58,727 nucleotides of DNA, taken from assembly GCA_964575955.1 (NCBI GenBank), contig CAZNTG010000008.1:1-58727 (forward strand). The letters are read 5' to 3'. Each line of letters starts with the position of its first letter. The stretch's first letter is position 1. The DNA is from an uncultured Thermoproteaceae archaeon. Its GTDB lineage: Archaea > Thermoproteota > Thermoprotei > Thermoproteales > Thermocladiaceae. Below the pieces are notes generated by a model, which searched no databases, was not told the origin of the DNA, and saw only the letters and a program-made list of their open reading frames with translations. Positions 33,965 to 43,570 of this stretch are shown piece by piece. Position numbers and translations under genes: made by a program.

Positions 33965-34744
33965 TTAGGTATTTGTATTGTTAAGTCTTTTAAGTATGTA
34001 TAGTTGAATGCCATGTTTCTCAAATATTTCAAATATTTTAGATAGTTCTTCCAATAATTTCTCATTTCTTGATATTTTACCTTCTATTTCTCTACACATG
34101 TTCTGTGCGGGTTCAATTATGTTTGTTAGGTATTCTATTATATATTTGTGATGTATTTCTACATATCTTGATGCAGCTTCAGCGTCTCTGTAAATTCTAT
34201 ATCCTTCTCCAAATAGTTTATTGAGAATTGCTATGTATGTTCTAGTGCCGGTTGTTGGCTTTCCCTCACTATTAACGTCACTTATTAGGAAGAAGAGAAT
34301 GCAGTCTATTCCTGATTCAATACCTGCAAGTACTAGACGTATCATTGCATTCAGTATTTCGTCTTCAGGTCTGTCTGAATGTTCTTCTAAATATGTTGAG
34401 AATATTGTTCTTGTATCATTTCTAATTCTGCTAATTATGTTAGATCTAACTTTCTCATAAACGCTATTTATATCATGTCCTGAAGTATAGAGATTATAGC
34501 CATGCGCAAGCTCACTTATAAGTAATTCTTGAAGTCTATCAAGTATGTGGTGTAGAATATAGTAACATAATCCATTAGCTCCATACTTTCTAAGAATTGT
34601 GAGCGCTTCATTAGTAAAGACCGACTTATCATATCTACCTCTATCATGTCTACCCTTAACATCAATTAATGCGTCAATCTCATGATTACAAAAACCAAAA
34701 CAGATAATTTCACCAATCAGACAATGTACTTTCCAAGAAGGCAT
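33965..34744 (-). CDS. Hypothetical protein, possible metal-dependent hydrolase
   Basis: MPSWKVH...ID...HD...LHHILD His/Asp pattern; ATG at 34744. Confidence 0.55.
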   Translation of the reverse strand: MPSWKVHCLIGEIICFGFCNHEIDALIDVKGRHDRGRYDKSVFTNEALTILRKYGANGLCYYILHHILDRLQELLISELAHGYNLYTSGHDINSVYEKVRSNIISRIRNDTRTIFSTYLEEHSDRPEDEILNAMIRLVLAGIESGIDCILFFLISDVNSEGKPTTGTRTYIAILNKLFGEGYRIYRDAEAASRYVEIHHKYIIEYLTNIIEPAQNMCREIEGKISRNEKLLEELSKIFEIFEKHGIQLYILKRLNNTNT

Positions 34745-34869
34745 TATCGAAAATACGATTTCACAAATATAAACGTGGCTGTTCAATAGATAGTTGATGA
34801 ACTTCTAAAAATGTTTCTACTTCTATATGGCTAAGGTATAAAGGATGTCTATACTTAGGGTATTCCTCA

Positions 34870-35613
34870 ATGAGTTTAATGTTTTTACTATATGTTTTAG
34901 GTATTGTTGTAGTTTCATTAATAGTTTCACTTGTTATACTTAGATTTTTAGAAAGCTACTTTTTGAAGAGTTTTAAAGATCTTGATGCTAGTTTTGTTAA
35001 GAAGAACTTGAGGTCTATAAGGATGTTTATACTAATATCAATACTACTTGTAGGTATCTACTTCATTATTAGAGAATTTCCTATGCTATCTGCATATCTA
35101 ACTCATATAGATATGCTATTCTTTTCTACATGGACTATATGTTGTGGATATGTTATTTATAGAATTATAGGACTGTCATTAAGATCATTCTCATATAGAA
35201 CAAAAATTTCTAAATCTACCATAGATGTAATATACAAATTCTCTAAATGGACTATAGTCCTGATAGTAATTTTAATACTATTAAGAATATTTGGAATATT
35301 GAAAAATGTTATATACATAATAACGCTAGTAATAGGAACATTAATATTTCTAGCATTTGCAGGATGGAGCATTATAGGAAACATAACAGCAGGAATAGTA
35401 CTAATGATATGGAAACCATTCGAAATAGGAGACTACATAGAGATAATACCTGAAAACATAACAGGAAAAGTAGAAGACATAACACTAATGTTCGTAAGAA
35501 TAGTAACAGAGAAGGGAGAAGTGATAAACATACCAAACACACTACTAATACAGAGATTCATAAGAAAAGTTAGTAAAGATATACTACACAATAAGCATAT
35601 ACATCAAGCTTAA
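34870..35613 (+). CDS. mscS: Small-conductance mechanosensitive channel family
   Basis: NITAGIVL..KPFEIGDYIEI, GKVEDI, IPN. Confidence 0.85.
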   Translation: MSLMFLLYVLGIVVVSLIVSLVILRFLESYFLKSFKDLDASFVKKNLRSIRMFILISILLVGIYFIIREFPMLSAYLTHIDMLFFSTWTICCGYVIYRIIGLSLRSFSYRTKISKSTIDVIYKFSKWTIVLIVILILLRIFGILKNVIYIITLVIGTLIFLAFAGWSIIGNITAGIVLMIWKPFEIGDYIEIIPENITGKVEDITLMFVRIVTEKGEVINIPNTLLIQRFIRKVSKDILHNKHIHQA

Positions 35614-35961
35614 ACGCCTAAATGCTCACTACGTCATGCATCCTCAGATATGTACATAGCATACTGTAATTGATGTAAACACAAAGTCAGTTTAAGCAAT
35701 AGTCTTTGAGTTGTGTATAAAGGAATTGTCAATCACGTTGTCATTAGCTAGGAAGAGTTGCTGAGAGCTAACTCATGTTGATTTCCTCTCACTTGAGTTA
35801 TCATTATGGCGCCCTATTATAAACACTAGTAATAACTTAAATCTCTTATCTTAATTCTTAATTGCCGCTATATGTTGTGCTCAAGCAATATTTCTGATAG
35901 GCGCAGCACACTATGGAATTGCTGTGTCGGCTATAGTTTACTATAGATTAAAGCTGGGGTA

Positions 35962-36771
35962 TTATGAATATTTTATAAGAGTTAGAGTTTGGATAGTATG
36001 TTTAGTAGCATATGCTCTACCTGGGGGCATCTTTGCCTCAAGCTCCCGTATAACCAAGTCATCTTGAGTCATTAGGTAGTACACGTATCTTCTCAGTATT
36101 AGCTCTGGCAAGCTGCGTTGCGCTGTTACGTGGTTAACATATTGCCATGTCTTTACGAGGCTATTCACATGTTTGAGATATTTTGCAAGTGCTGTCTCGT
36201 CTCTTGTCCTAGCCTTGTTGACTATCAGGACAATGTTCTCAACTTCTCGATACTCCTTAAGTAACTGAACGTGTTTAGCGAAGTAGCTTAAGCATTCGCT
36301 AGTCTCCTCAGCCACGAATGCAATAACATCTGCAGCTGTGAGCACGGTATTTACAGGATCTACTATGCGACATGCAGGCATGTCAACGATCACATATGCT
36401 CCAAGTACCTTAGCGATCCTGCGAACCAACATACACAGCCTCTTCCAGTCAATTTTCGAAACCTCTTCAGGTCTAGCTTGACCTGCAGGTATGAGAACGA
36501 TGTTGTCCCTACCCTCAATGCCATGCAAGACGTCACGTAGCTTGCATTTGCCCAGGAGGTAGTCAAGTATACCATAGCTGTGCCTCCCTGGCCTCCTAAC
36601 AAACTCACCAATGGTCTCAAACAGTAGGTGTAGATAATCCATGTCTATGGATAGGTCAAGATAGACAACGGGATAACCATGTAAATCAGCGAATATTGTC
36701 GTCAATAGGCTGAGAGTTGTCTTGCCCGTACCACCCTTCTCACCACTGTAGATAGCTACAACCCTACCCAC
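35962..36771 (-). CDS. ParA/MinD-family ATPase
   Basis: GTG at 36771: GRVVAIYSGEKGGTGKTT, YLDL, IVDMP, IVNK. Confidence 0.85.
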   Translation of the reverse strand: MGRVVAIYSGEKGGTGKTTLSLLTTIFADLHGYPVVYLDLSIDMDYLHLLFETIGEFVRRPGRHSYGILDYLLGKCKLRDVLHGIEGRDNIVLIPAGQARPEEVSKIDWKRLCMLVRRIAKVLGAYVIVDMPACRIVDPVNTVLTAADVIAFVAEETSECLSYFAKHVQLLKEYREVENIVLIVNKARTRDETALAKYLKHVNSLVKTWQYVNHVTAQRSLPELILRRYVYYLMTQDDLVIRELEAKMPPGRAYATKHTIQTLTLIKYS

Positions 36772-36804
36772 GTAGAGACCCAACTTAAAACTCGACCCGT
36801 CCAC

Positions 36805-37263
36805 ATGACCCCCACGGGGAGGAGCATAGACCTGGAAAAGATTAGGAAAAAGTTGGAAGAAGCGAAGACGCTTGAAGAGAAGAGGCTGATCATAGAGGAG
36901 TTGCGTGACTACAGGCAGTACCTCAGAGAGAAGCTCGGTAGGAGGGAGAGTACGATTCTCGGTCTTCTCATCGCAACAATAGTTACAGTACCACTGCAAG
37001 CACTGACACTTACACCTAAAGTAGTGACAATGGTACTACCCCTCATATATGCAGCTGCACTAGTCTACGCTGGGTATCTAAAGAACATGTGTGAGACCCT
37101 GGAAGAGAAAATAAGGGGGCTGTACGACATTACTCTTGACCCACCCATGAGCGAGAAACACGAGATGAAGGATAGGACATGTGATCTAGCATTTTGGACA
37201 ATGCTTGTAATAACGATCATTTCAATAATAATCGCACTGATAAAACTGGGAGTAATACCGTGA
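36805..37263 (+). CDS. Three-TM membrane protein (start uncertain)
   Basis: Charged N-terminus, 2 TM, C-terminal TM DLAFW...KLGVIP. Confidence 0.65.
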   Translation: MTPTGRSIDLEKIRKKLEEAKTLEEKRLIIEELRDYRQYLREKLGRRESTILGLLIATIVTVPLQALTLTPKVVTMVLPLIYAAALVYAGYLKNMCETLEEKIRGLYDITLDPPMSEKHEMKDRTCDLAFWTMLVITIISIIIALIKLGVIP

Positions 37264-37379
37264 GAAGCATGTTGCCAATAGGTGAGAGATTCCTAATCAT
37301 GTTATTCATAATAGGGATGGCATTTGCAGTAGTCACCATAGTAGCATGCTTAGCAGGGCTAGGAATAGTACACATATGA
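37260..37379 (+). CDS. 39-aa single-TM micropeptide
   Basis: GTGA overlap with the upstream stop and ATGA overlap with the next ORF. Confidence 0.5.
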   Translation: MRSMLPIGERFLIMLFIIGMAFAVVTIVACLAGLGIVHI

Positions 37380-37495
37380 CAGACAGAAAGCACGACCCAG
37401 AAGACAGGACATACGACCTGGCATTCTGGACAGCACTAGCAGTAACCATAATCTCGATAATTATCGCACTAGCGAAGCTGGGCATAATACCATGA
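37376..37495 (+). CDS. 39-aa single-TM micropeptide, paralog of the 36805 ORF C-terminus
   Basis: MTDRKHDPEDRTYDLAFWTALAVTIISIIIALAKLGIIP; many synonymous differences from the upstream copy. Confidence 0.6.
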   Translation: MTDRKHDPEDRTYDLAFWTALAVTIISIIIALAKLGIIP

Positions 37496-37566
37496 GGAGC
37501 ATGTTGCTATAGTCCTCTCAAAACCTCTGTAGCCTCCCTCCCCCTCTTTTTACTTCCCCCATATTC

Positions 37567-38004
37567 ATGACCCCCACGGAGATTGAGATTATCAGGAGGT
37601 TGAGTGAGCGTGATGTTGAGCTTGCTGTAGAGTTTGCATTATCTGAGCTTGCTGCTATAGCTGAGGAGATTAGGAGTCTGAAGGTTCTGCTGCTTGGTAA
37701 TGTTATTGGCTCTGCAGGTGCTGCAGTAGTCATGAAGATTCTTGCACTTCCCCTACTAGCCAAGGCTGCTGCAGTGACGATACTCGCAGTGACGATAGTG
37801 ATAGTGTTAGTGCTGATACGTAAAGCAGTGATTAAGAGAGAGCTCATCCTGAGAACACTGCTACAGGCACTGGAGGACAGTTCTAGAAATCGAAACCAAT
37901 ATAATGACTGTGACTGTAGTTACCACATGCGTGAGCTCTTCTGGGCTTGTCTTGTAACTGCAATCGCGTGGATAATAGTTACCCTACTGATAGTACTGGG
38001 GTGA
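37567..38004 (+). CDS. Three-TM membrane protein
   Basis: Same architecture as the 36805 ORF; ends ELFW...LIVLG. Confidence 0.65.
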   Translation: MTPTEIEIIRRLSERDVELAVEFALSELAAIAEEIRSLKVLLLGNVIGSAGAAVVMKILALPLLAKAAAVTILAVTIVIVLVLIRKAVIKRELILRTLLQALEDSSRNRNQYNDCDCSYHMRELFWACLVTAIAWIIVTLLIVLG

Positions 38005-38008
38005 GACC

Positions 38009-38086
38009 ATGGACAAGTTGATACTTGCGCTACTACTTGGAATAATAGCTGCGACACTTGCATCATTGATAATAATATTCGGCTAG
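38009..38086 (+). CDS. 25-aa single-TM micropeptide
   Basis: GGGGTGA SD, then MDKLILALLLGIIAATLASLIIIFG. Confidence 0.4.
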   Translation: MDKLILALLLGIIAATLASLIIIFG

Positions 38087-38143
38087 TGTGTAGATCCTGA
38101 AAATTCGGTCCTTTCCCCCTCCTTTTCTTTTTTCTAAACCTCC

Positions 38144-38782
38144 ATGATTGTACTGTTTACTGGCCTTCCTGGGAGTGGCAAGACCACTGTCTTAGCAACT
38201 TTCCTGAAGTACCTCCTAGAAGAGACTAGGCTTAGGGTGTGTACAGTCGATCTAGACTGTGTGACAGCTAAGTTAACAAGGATTCTTACGCCAGGTGTGG
38301 AGGTCCTATGTGATCTCTATGACGTTGTTGAGGATGTTTGCAACAATGTTACACATGTTGTCTTATCTGACCGCCATGTCCATGTTCCTGTTAGATTAGG
38401 ACAGCGTAGACAGGACAGTGACATTCTAGACCTGTTACAGGAGCTGTACAGTGTCCTAGAGGTCGATCTTGTACTTGTGGACAGCGTTGAGCCTCAGTTG
38501 GCATCTATAGCAGATAGGAGAACATTCAAGATAGTACATGTTGTTAGGCCAGACATCGCGGAATATTACGACCTTGCTAGGCAGGAAGACATCATCGTGA
38601 TAAACAGCGTCGTTCCAAGCATCGAGCCTAAGCTTAAACATAGGAAGGTGCTGTACTTACATTTTGATCCTGTTCTTAAGATCTGTCTAGACCTCAAGAC
38701 TCTGCCAAGCATACTCCTGAAAGATGTAACAAGATTTTGCAAGTCACTCCTATCCCTCTTAAAATCCGAGGCAAAGACATGA
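38144..38782 (+). CDS. Divergent ParA/MinD-like P-loop NTPase
   Basis: GLPGSGKTT, TVDLD, LVLVDS, VINS, HFDP. Confidence 0.7.
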   Translation: MIVLFTGLPGSGKTTVLATFLKYLLEETRLRVCTVDLDCVTAKLTRILTPGVEVLCDLYDVVEDVCNNVTHVVLSDRHVHVPVRLGQRRQDSDILDLLQELYSVLEVDLVLVDSVEPQLASIADRRTFKIVHVVRPDIAEYYDLARQEDIIVINSVVPSIEPKLKHRKVLYLHFDPVLKICLDLKTLPSILLKDVTRFCKSLLSLLKSEAKT

Positions 38783-39132
38783 GGCTCCTCGGTAGGAAGG
38801 GCAAGGGCAAGGATAGACTAGACGCGGAGATTCTTGAGGATGTTGACCTCTCAGCAATAGTAGAACAGAAGCGTAGACAACAACAGGAGGCTCCGCAAGA
38901 AGCCAAGCAGGAGGCTAGGCAGGAAGCTGAGGAGAAGGCTGAGATTGCTGAGGCATATACTCCAGATCTTGATGATGCTCTACAGGAGAGGTTCTTTGAG
39001 TGGCTTGTAGAGCAGGCAGTTAAGAATGATAGAGACTACAAGCTTCTCCTAGAGGCTATAGATAGGGTGAGCATTAACAAGCTCAGAATGCTGTGTAGAA
39101 CACTTCTCAAAAAGCTTAGAGAGAGGTCCTAG
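38779..39132 (+). CDS. Hypothetical protein, possible ParA partner
   Basis: ATGA coupling to the NTPase stop; disordered EAxQ repeats and a helical C-terminus. Confidence 0.6.
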   Translation: MRLLGRKGKGKDRLDAEILEDVDLSAIVEQKRRQQQEAPQEAKQEARQEAEEKAEIAEAYTPDLDDALQERFFEWLVEQAVKNDRDYKLLLEAIDRVSINKLRMLCRTLLKKLRERS

Positions 39133-39782
39133 TCTGGCAGTATTGCATACTCGTCCTCAAATAGTCTAACCCTTATTGGGACTAGGTGTCCACGTGTTGA
39201 TAAGATTCCCGTTCCGACCTCCGTCTCTGGCAGTATGTGCCTAAGCAAGTTCTCAGATATGCCATAGCTCTTTCTGAGAAGCTCAATGCTGCGTGTAGAT
39301 GATACATGTGGCATAGAGCGTATGGTCGTCTTGAGGCTATGCTCCAGCAGTCCCATCCTATTCAGGAGGTCAGTCCTATCGATCGGCCTCAACACTGCTA
39401 GTACACTACTACAGTAGTCGAGTAGCCTAACGGCTGGACCAACAATGCAGTACCTTAAGTTGTTGGACTTTAAGAAGTTTAGGATGATCTCAAGGTCAAT
39501 AACATCGACATCAGCTATCTCTACTCCAGGAACTTGCTTAAGCGTGCTCTTAAGATAGTGCTGTAGTTCAGGAAGCTTCTCGACTGGTCGAGAAGCAACG
39601 AGGAGGTAGAGCCTATGCTCACCGTCTGCCTGTAGGTACGCAATGAGGAGCCTTGCCCTGCTCCTTAGAAGAGGCTCGTGTAGCCTAGCAAAGACTGCCC
39701 TAAGACTGTCCTGTACCTGTAGTGGCAGTGCACTTACCCTAACACCAGCAGCATAGTACTTGCCAATCCTCAGGACTGGCAC
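39129..39782 (-). CDS. Hypothetical protein with a VirB4/HerA-like C-terminal tail and no P-loop
   Basis: C-terminal ...GTGILSTRGHLVPIRV....EYAIL. Confidence 0.45.
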   Translation of the reverse strand: MPVLRIGKYYAAGVRVSALPLQVQDSLRAVFARLHEPLLRSRARLLIAYLQADGEHRLYLLVASRPVEKLPELQHYLKSTLKQVPGVEIADVDVIDLEIILNFLKSNNLRYCIVGPAVRLLDYCSSVLAVLRPIDRTDLLNRMGLLEHSLKTTIRSMPHVSSTRSIELLRKSYGISENLLRHILPETEVGTGILSTRGHLVPIRVRLFEDEYAILPD

Positions 39783-39814
39783 GGTGCTAGCCTCGTTATA
39801 ACTTGTAGACTAGC

Positions 39815-40153
39815 ATGAGGAGTCTCAGGAAAATGATCAGGAGACTAGTCTTGAGGACAGGAACAAGATGGGAAAAATATCGAGATAAAAGTGAGGTCTT
39901 TGCAGAGTTGAAACGTGACGCTATATACAAGGCAATACCATACGGTATTGCATGCGCTACCTGGAAAGCAGTACAGCCACAGTTGGCCAAGTACTTACCA
40001 ACAGTGGTCTACCAAGGGCTTAGCAACGGAATAAACACCTACGCAATACCTCTCGCAGGCATCGCCATAGCAATATACATTGCATGGCGTGGATGGACGG
40101 CCTACAGAGCCCTTAGAAGACTTAAGAGACTATGCCAGAGTTCAGGTACGTGA
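39815..40153 (+). CDS. Small membrane protein
   Basis: Basic N-terminus and C-terminal TM. Confidence 0.55.
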   Translation: MRSLRKMIRRLVLRTGTRWEKYRDKSEVFAELKRDAIYKAIPYGIACATWKAVQPQLAKYLPTVVYQGLSNGINTYAIPLAGIAIAIYIAWRGWTAYRALRRLKRLCQSSGT

Positions 40154-40389
40154 AGAGGCACAGCATCTGGAGACTGCCCGTACACACGCTCGGCTTCAAG
40201 AACGTCAAAGCAGCAGTAATTGGAATACCAACGGTCTTGGCAACCTTCTTCACACTACTATCAGCTACGGGGAACATCGTTTTAGCAATCGCAACAACAT
40301 TTGTCACATGGCTAGGACTAAACATTGCACTTACAAGAAGGGGGAGAACATACAGGAAAAAGATCAGGATAGAGATTGAGACTGCCTAA
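40132..40389 (+). CDS. Small two-TM protein (VirB3/PrgI-like topology)
   Basis: TM hairpin followed by a basic tail. Confidence 0.5.
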   Translation: MPEFRYVKRHSIWRLPVHTLGFKNVKAAVIGIPTVLATFFTLLSATGNIVLAIATTFVTWLGLNIALTRRGRTYRKKIRIEIETA

Positions 40390-40507
40390 CACATTAACCG
40401 TCCGTAAACGTTGCTCTAACAGCATGCATTACTAGATCTATCTTTCAATCCTCTTTTATAAATGATGATAATGATAATACTGAATAAGCTTGTTGGAAGG
40501 ATAATGT

Positions 40508-41179
40508 GTGTCTCTACCATGGCTATCATTTGACGCTGCATTAAGTCGAGCTGAAGCAATGGATCTCGGGCATAGAGGACACTCAGGATACACACAATTA
40601 CGTCAGTCTTGGTTAAGCCAAAAGTATAACAAGGCATTATGTGGGGAAGAACTTAGAGAAATTGGAAGTAGAAAGAAGTTGAAATTAAAGGTAGTTGACT
40701 TGGTAGCTATCAGAGAGGAAACAGGAGAACTTGCATTAATAGAAATAAAGTTTTGTCCTGAGAAAGGGGGCAAAGCTTCATCTCTTGGTCAAATAAGTGC
40801 AAAAGTAATAGGGACTTTAAGGAAATTACTAGAGCACCAAGAGGTTCCCAGCAAGATAGTTCTGTATGTTGTAATACCAGAGGGCTTTAAGGAACTTGTA
40901 CTTAACGAACTTTGGAGTCGGTGGAGTTTTCTAATTCGAGAAACTTTAGCTGAGGAATTAGGCGAAAGATATAAATACCGACCACTGGAGTTGCGAGCTG
41001 AACTGACATTGCTTGAATCTCAACCTCCCTACATCTATAAGGTCATTTTATACGATACCGAACGACGTGCTAAACTGAAAGTCAGAGACTTCCCCTTAAG
41101 GATTATCGTGGACGATAAGGAATTCAGGATCGTTGACATATACATAGTGGAGGTCAAACGCCATGACTCTAGTGGTTAG
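40508..41179 (+). CDS. PD-(D/E)XK-like nuclease (start may be 40559)
   Basis: VVDLVAIREETGELALIEIK. Confidence 0.6.
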   Translation: MSLPWLSFDAALSRAEAMDLGHRGHSGYTQLRQSWLSQKYNKALCGEELREIGSRKKLKLKVVDLVAIREETGELALIEIKFCPEKGGKASSLGQISAKVIGTLRKLLEHQEVPSKIVLYVVIPEGFKELVLNELWSRWSFLIRETLAEELGERYKYRPLELRAELTLLESQPPYIYKVILYDTERRAKLKVRDFPLRIIVDDKEFRIVDIYIVEVKRHDSSG

Positions 41180-42425
41180 ATTCAGAAGTCCGAGAGGCCG
41201 AGGATTGAGAATACGATCTTGGATTAGGCTTACTACTTATAGTGCATTTGCATTACTGAGATCTCTCTACGATACTTTTGGAAAGATAGAGATTGAGAAA
41301 GCGGTAATTTGGCGTGGTAGTCCAGATGCTGCTGATCTTAGACCAGATAAGTATGCTCGTAGCCTCGATGCAGATCAGGTTAGCCATATTGTGGAAAGAG
41401 CACTAACTAAAGATATGTTTAAGGGCTGCGATGAGCTTATAGTGAACAGTCTCTGGAGAGACTACAGATCTGCAACAGCTCGCACAGTAGCGGGGTTTCT
41501 GGCTGACCTATGTGTAGAGGTTAATGACATAGTTCTTGATCTGAGATTAGTAACATATCCTCTACCTGAGGTTTCTAGACTAGCATTTCGGTATATATGT
41601 AAAGCTCGAGGCATACGTGTGGCACCTCCACAGATAGTGCTTGACGTATATACGGTAGTACCAACACATGATGGGAAGGTTAAGGTAGAAAGCTTCTACG
41701 ACTTATTAGAGGTAGGACATGAAGAGCTTGTACAGCGCATCAGGATCCTAATAATGAGATACATACTCGACTACCTACTGAACACTTCAATAGAACTTAG
41801 TACAAATGTGGGACCTAGAACCTATAGACTCATAAATCTTCTAGACTATGTTGATATTGCGATAGGCCCTGGAGCGTATAGAAGTCTCATGCGCGCTATA
41901 CCTACATACCGCAGACATCTAGTCAAGGAGCTAATAATGGACTTCTACAGAGATCTTCGCGAGATCGATATTGAAGAAGCTGAAGATGAAGCTGTTGCTA
42001 AAGAGCTGAGAGATGCATTACGCATAGCTAGATCATCGGCCGTAGTGGCTGGCCTCAGAAAAATACGTAGTAATCTAGAGTCATTTATAGAGTCACTACT
42101 ACAACACTACGAAATCTACGCCATATATCCAAAATTCAGTAGTTACGAAGAAATAGATGACTCTAAACTATTTGCTAGAAAGTTACTTGAGAAAGATAAA
42201 CCTTGCCTACTTATACCACGAACATCATCATCACCAGTAGAGTCCCATAGAGAGTTCACAAGCAAGATGATGACAATATTGAAGAATATGCTACTAAGAC
42301 TACATAGTGAAGGCATAAAAATACTTCAAGAGAAGCTAAAACCAAAGACATTAGGCTGGGACACACTTACCAGCTTAATCGCCCACATTCTACACGAACT
42401 ATTCAGAGATTCATGCACTTCCTGA
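41163..42425 (+). CDS. Hypothetical protein
   Basis: 420-aa ORF overlapping the nuclease gene; GGAGG SD. Confidence 0.75.
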   Translation: MTLVVRFRSPRGRGLRIRSWIRLTTYSAFALLRSLYDTFGKIEIEKAVIWRGSPDAADLRPDKYARSLDADQVSHIVERALTKDMFKGCDELIVNSLWRDYRSATARTVAGFLADLCVEVNDIVLDLRLVTYPLPEVSRLAFRYICKARGIRVAPPQIVLDVYTVVPTHDGKVKVESFYDLLEVGHEELVQRIRILIMRYILDYLLNTSIELSTNVGPRTYRLINLLDYVDIAIGPGAYRSLMRAIPTYRRHLVKELIMDFYRDLREIDIEEAEDEAVAKELRDALRIARSSAVVAGLRKIRSNLESFIESLLQHYEIYAIYPKFSSYEEIDDSKLFARKLLEKDKPCLLIPRTSSSPVESHREFTSKMMTILKNMLLRLHSEGIKILQEKLKPKTLGWDTLTSLIAHILHELFRDSCTS

Positions 42426-42431
42426 CAACTC

Positions 42432-42944
42432 TCACCACCTATCTCTTTCAATTCTCTCCTTGAGATCTAGCCTCACCTTGATTCCACTCTTCTCCAATGT
42501 CTCACGCATCCTTTGTAGACTCTGAAATAGCTGGTGTAGACTCTTGGACCTCCTCAACAGCTGAAAAGCAAGGTAGCACATTACTTTACGTGCAACGCCT
42601 CTGAGAAGCTCGTTGAGCTCACTCTCAGTTACTAGAAGCACCTTTCTGCCAAGCTTCTCCTCTACAATCCTTTTAGGTACATGTATTACCTTAGCTGTGG
42701 GATGATTGTAGACCTGTGCCTCAACTACGAGAACCTCCCTGAGAAGCTCCATGAGTGGACCATAGTCAATGTCGAACAGTGCTGAGAGGATGTCCATAGA
42801 TATTGGAAGCTCAGAGCAGTACCTACCATAGCTCTCAAGCTTCTCAAGCCTTGAGACACTTACGAGAAATAGCTTCTCTTTACAGGTCTTGGGCACATAC
42901 ACAACATAGCATGTCTTCGACTCTCTGAGCTCTACCTCCCTCAC
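42432..42944 (-). CDS. AbrB-like hypothetical protein (paralog A)
   Basis: YVVYVPK and VIHVPK hairpin motifs; GRYCSEL. Confidence 0.6.
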   Translation of the reverse strand: MREVELRESKTCYVVYVPKTCKEKLFLVSVSRLEKLESYGRYCSELPISMDILSALFDIDYGPLMELLREVLVVEAQVYNHPTAKVIHVPKRIVEEKLGRKVLLVTESELNELLRGVARKVMCYLAFQLLRRSKSLHQLFQSLQRMRETLEKSGIKVRLDLKERIERDRW

Positions 42945-42953
42945 ACGTTACCG

Positions 42954-42987
42954 TAAACAAACCTTCTTTATAAACAAGGTTTGTTTA
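42954..42987. promoter_or_regulatory. 12-bp perfect inverted repeat flanking a TTTATAAA box
   Basis: TAAACAAACCTT-ctttataaac-AAGGTTTGTTTA just upstream of the 42944 start. Confidence 0.7.
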
Positions 42988-43016
42988 TGATCCATGATGT
43001 TTCGAGTGGACTTTCT

Positions 43017-43532
43017 CTACGATGGACTCAACGTGTCTCTCGACCTCTGTTCTGCTTGACAGGTCGTCATTATCTTGTGACGAATATTGAGGCAGTGATT
43101 GCTTCTCAGTCTCTCCAATGTCTTTACTAGGATCTTCGTGACTTCCTCCGCTGTGCAGAATATGTAGCACACAATTCCCTGAGCAATATGACGAACATGT
43201 TCTTCAAACTCGTCGGAGCTCAGGATTACGACTTCGCCATTCTCATCGACGTCGTCACTACTGAGTGATATGCGTTTCGTAGAGTAGCCGGAGACGTGCT
43301 TCTTTTTGAAGAACAGCTTTACGAGACCTATAATGCGGTTATACTGTAGTGATATCAGCATATTTACGATCGGCGAGTTTATGCGTAGTGTGAGTTCGCT
43401 ACAGTACTTGCCTAGGCTCTTCAACTCCTCGAAGAGACTACGTGGAATAACGTATGCCTCTGAGAACCTGTAAGTTGCAGGAAGAGACGCGTATAGAGCC
43501 TTGCCATACTTGCTGACCTTCCGCACATACAT
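43017..43532 (-). CDS. AbrB-like hypothetical protein (paralog B)
   Basis: RKVSKYGKALYASLP; GKYCSEL. Confidence 0.65.
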   Translation of the reverse strand: MYVRKVSKYGKALYASLPATYRFSEAYVIPRSLFEELKSLGKYCSELTLRINSPIVNMLISLQYNRIIGLVKLFFKKKHVSGYSTKRISLSSDDVDENGEVVILSSDEFEEHVRHIAQGIVCYIFCTAEEVTKILVKTLERLRSNHCLNIRHKIMTTCQAEQRSRDTLSPS

Positions 43533-43570
43533 GATCTACCTAATCTGAAGTTAGATTAATCGAACTTGGA

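Noticed and set aside
35949-35964. TAAAGCTGGGGTATTA resembling the Sulfolobus plasmid recombination motif TAAACTGGGGAGTTTA near the element edge
   Set aside because: Single degenerate copy; could be chance
36772-36999. N-terminal extension of the ParA ORF in the track
   Set aside because: It is antisense to the 36805 gene, and ParA homology begins at GTG 36771
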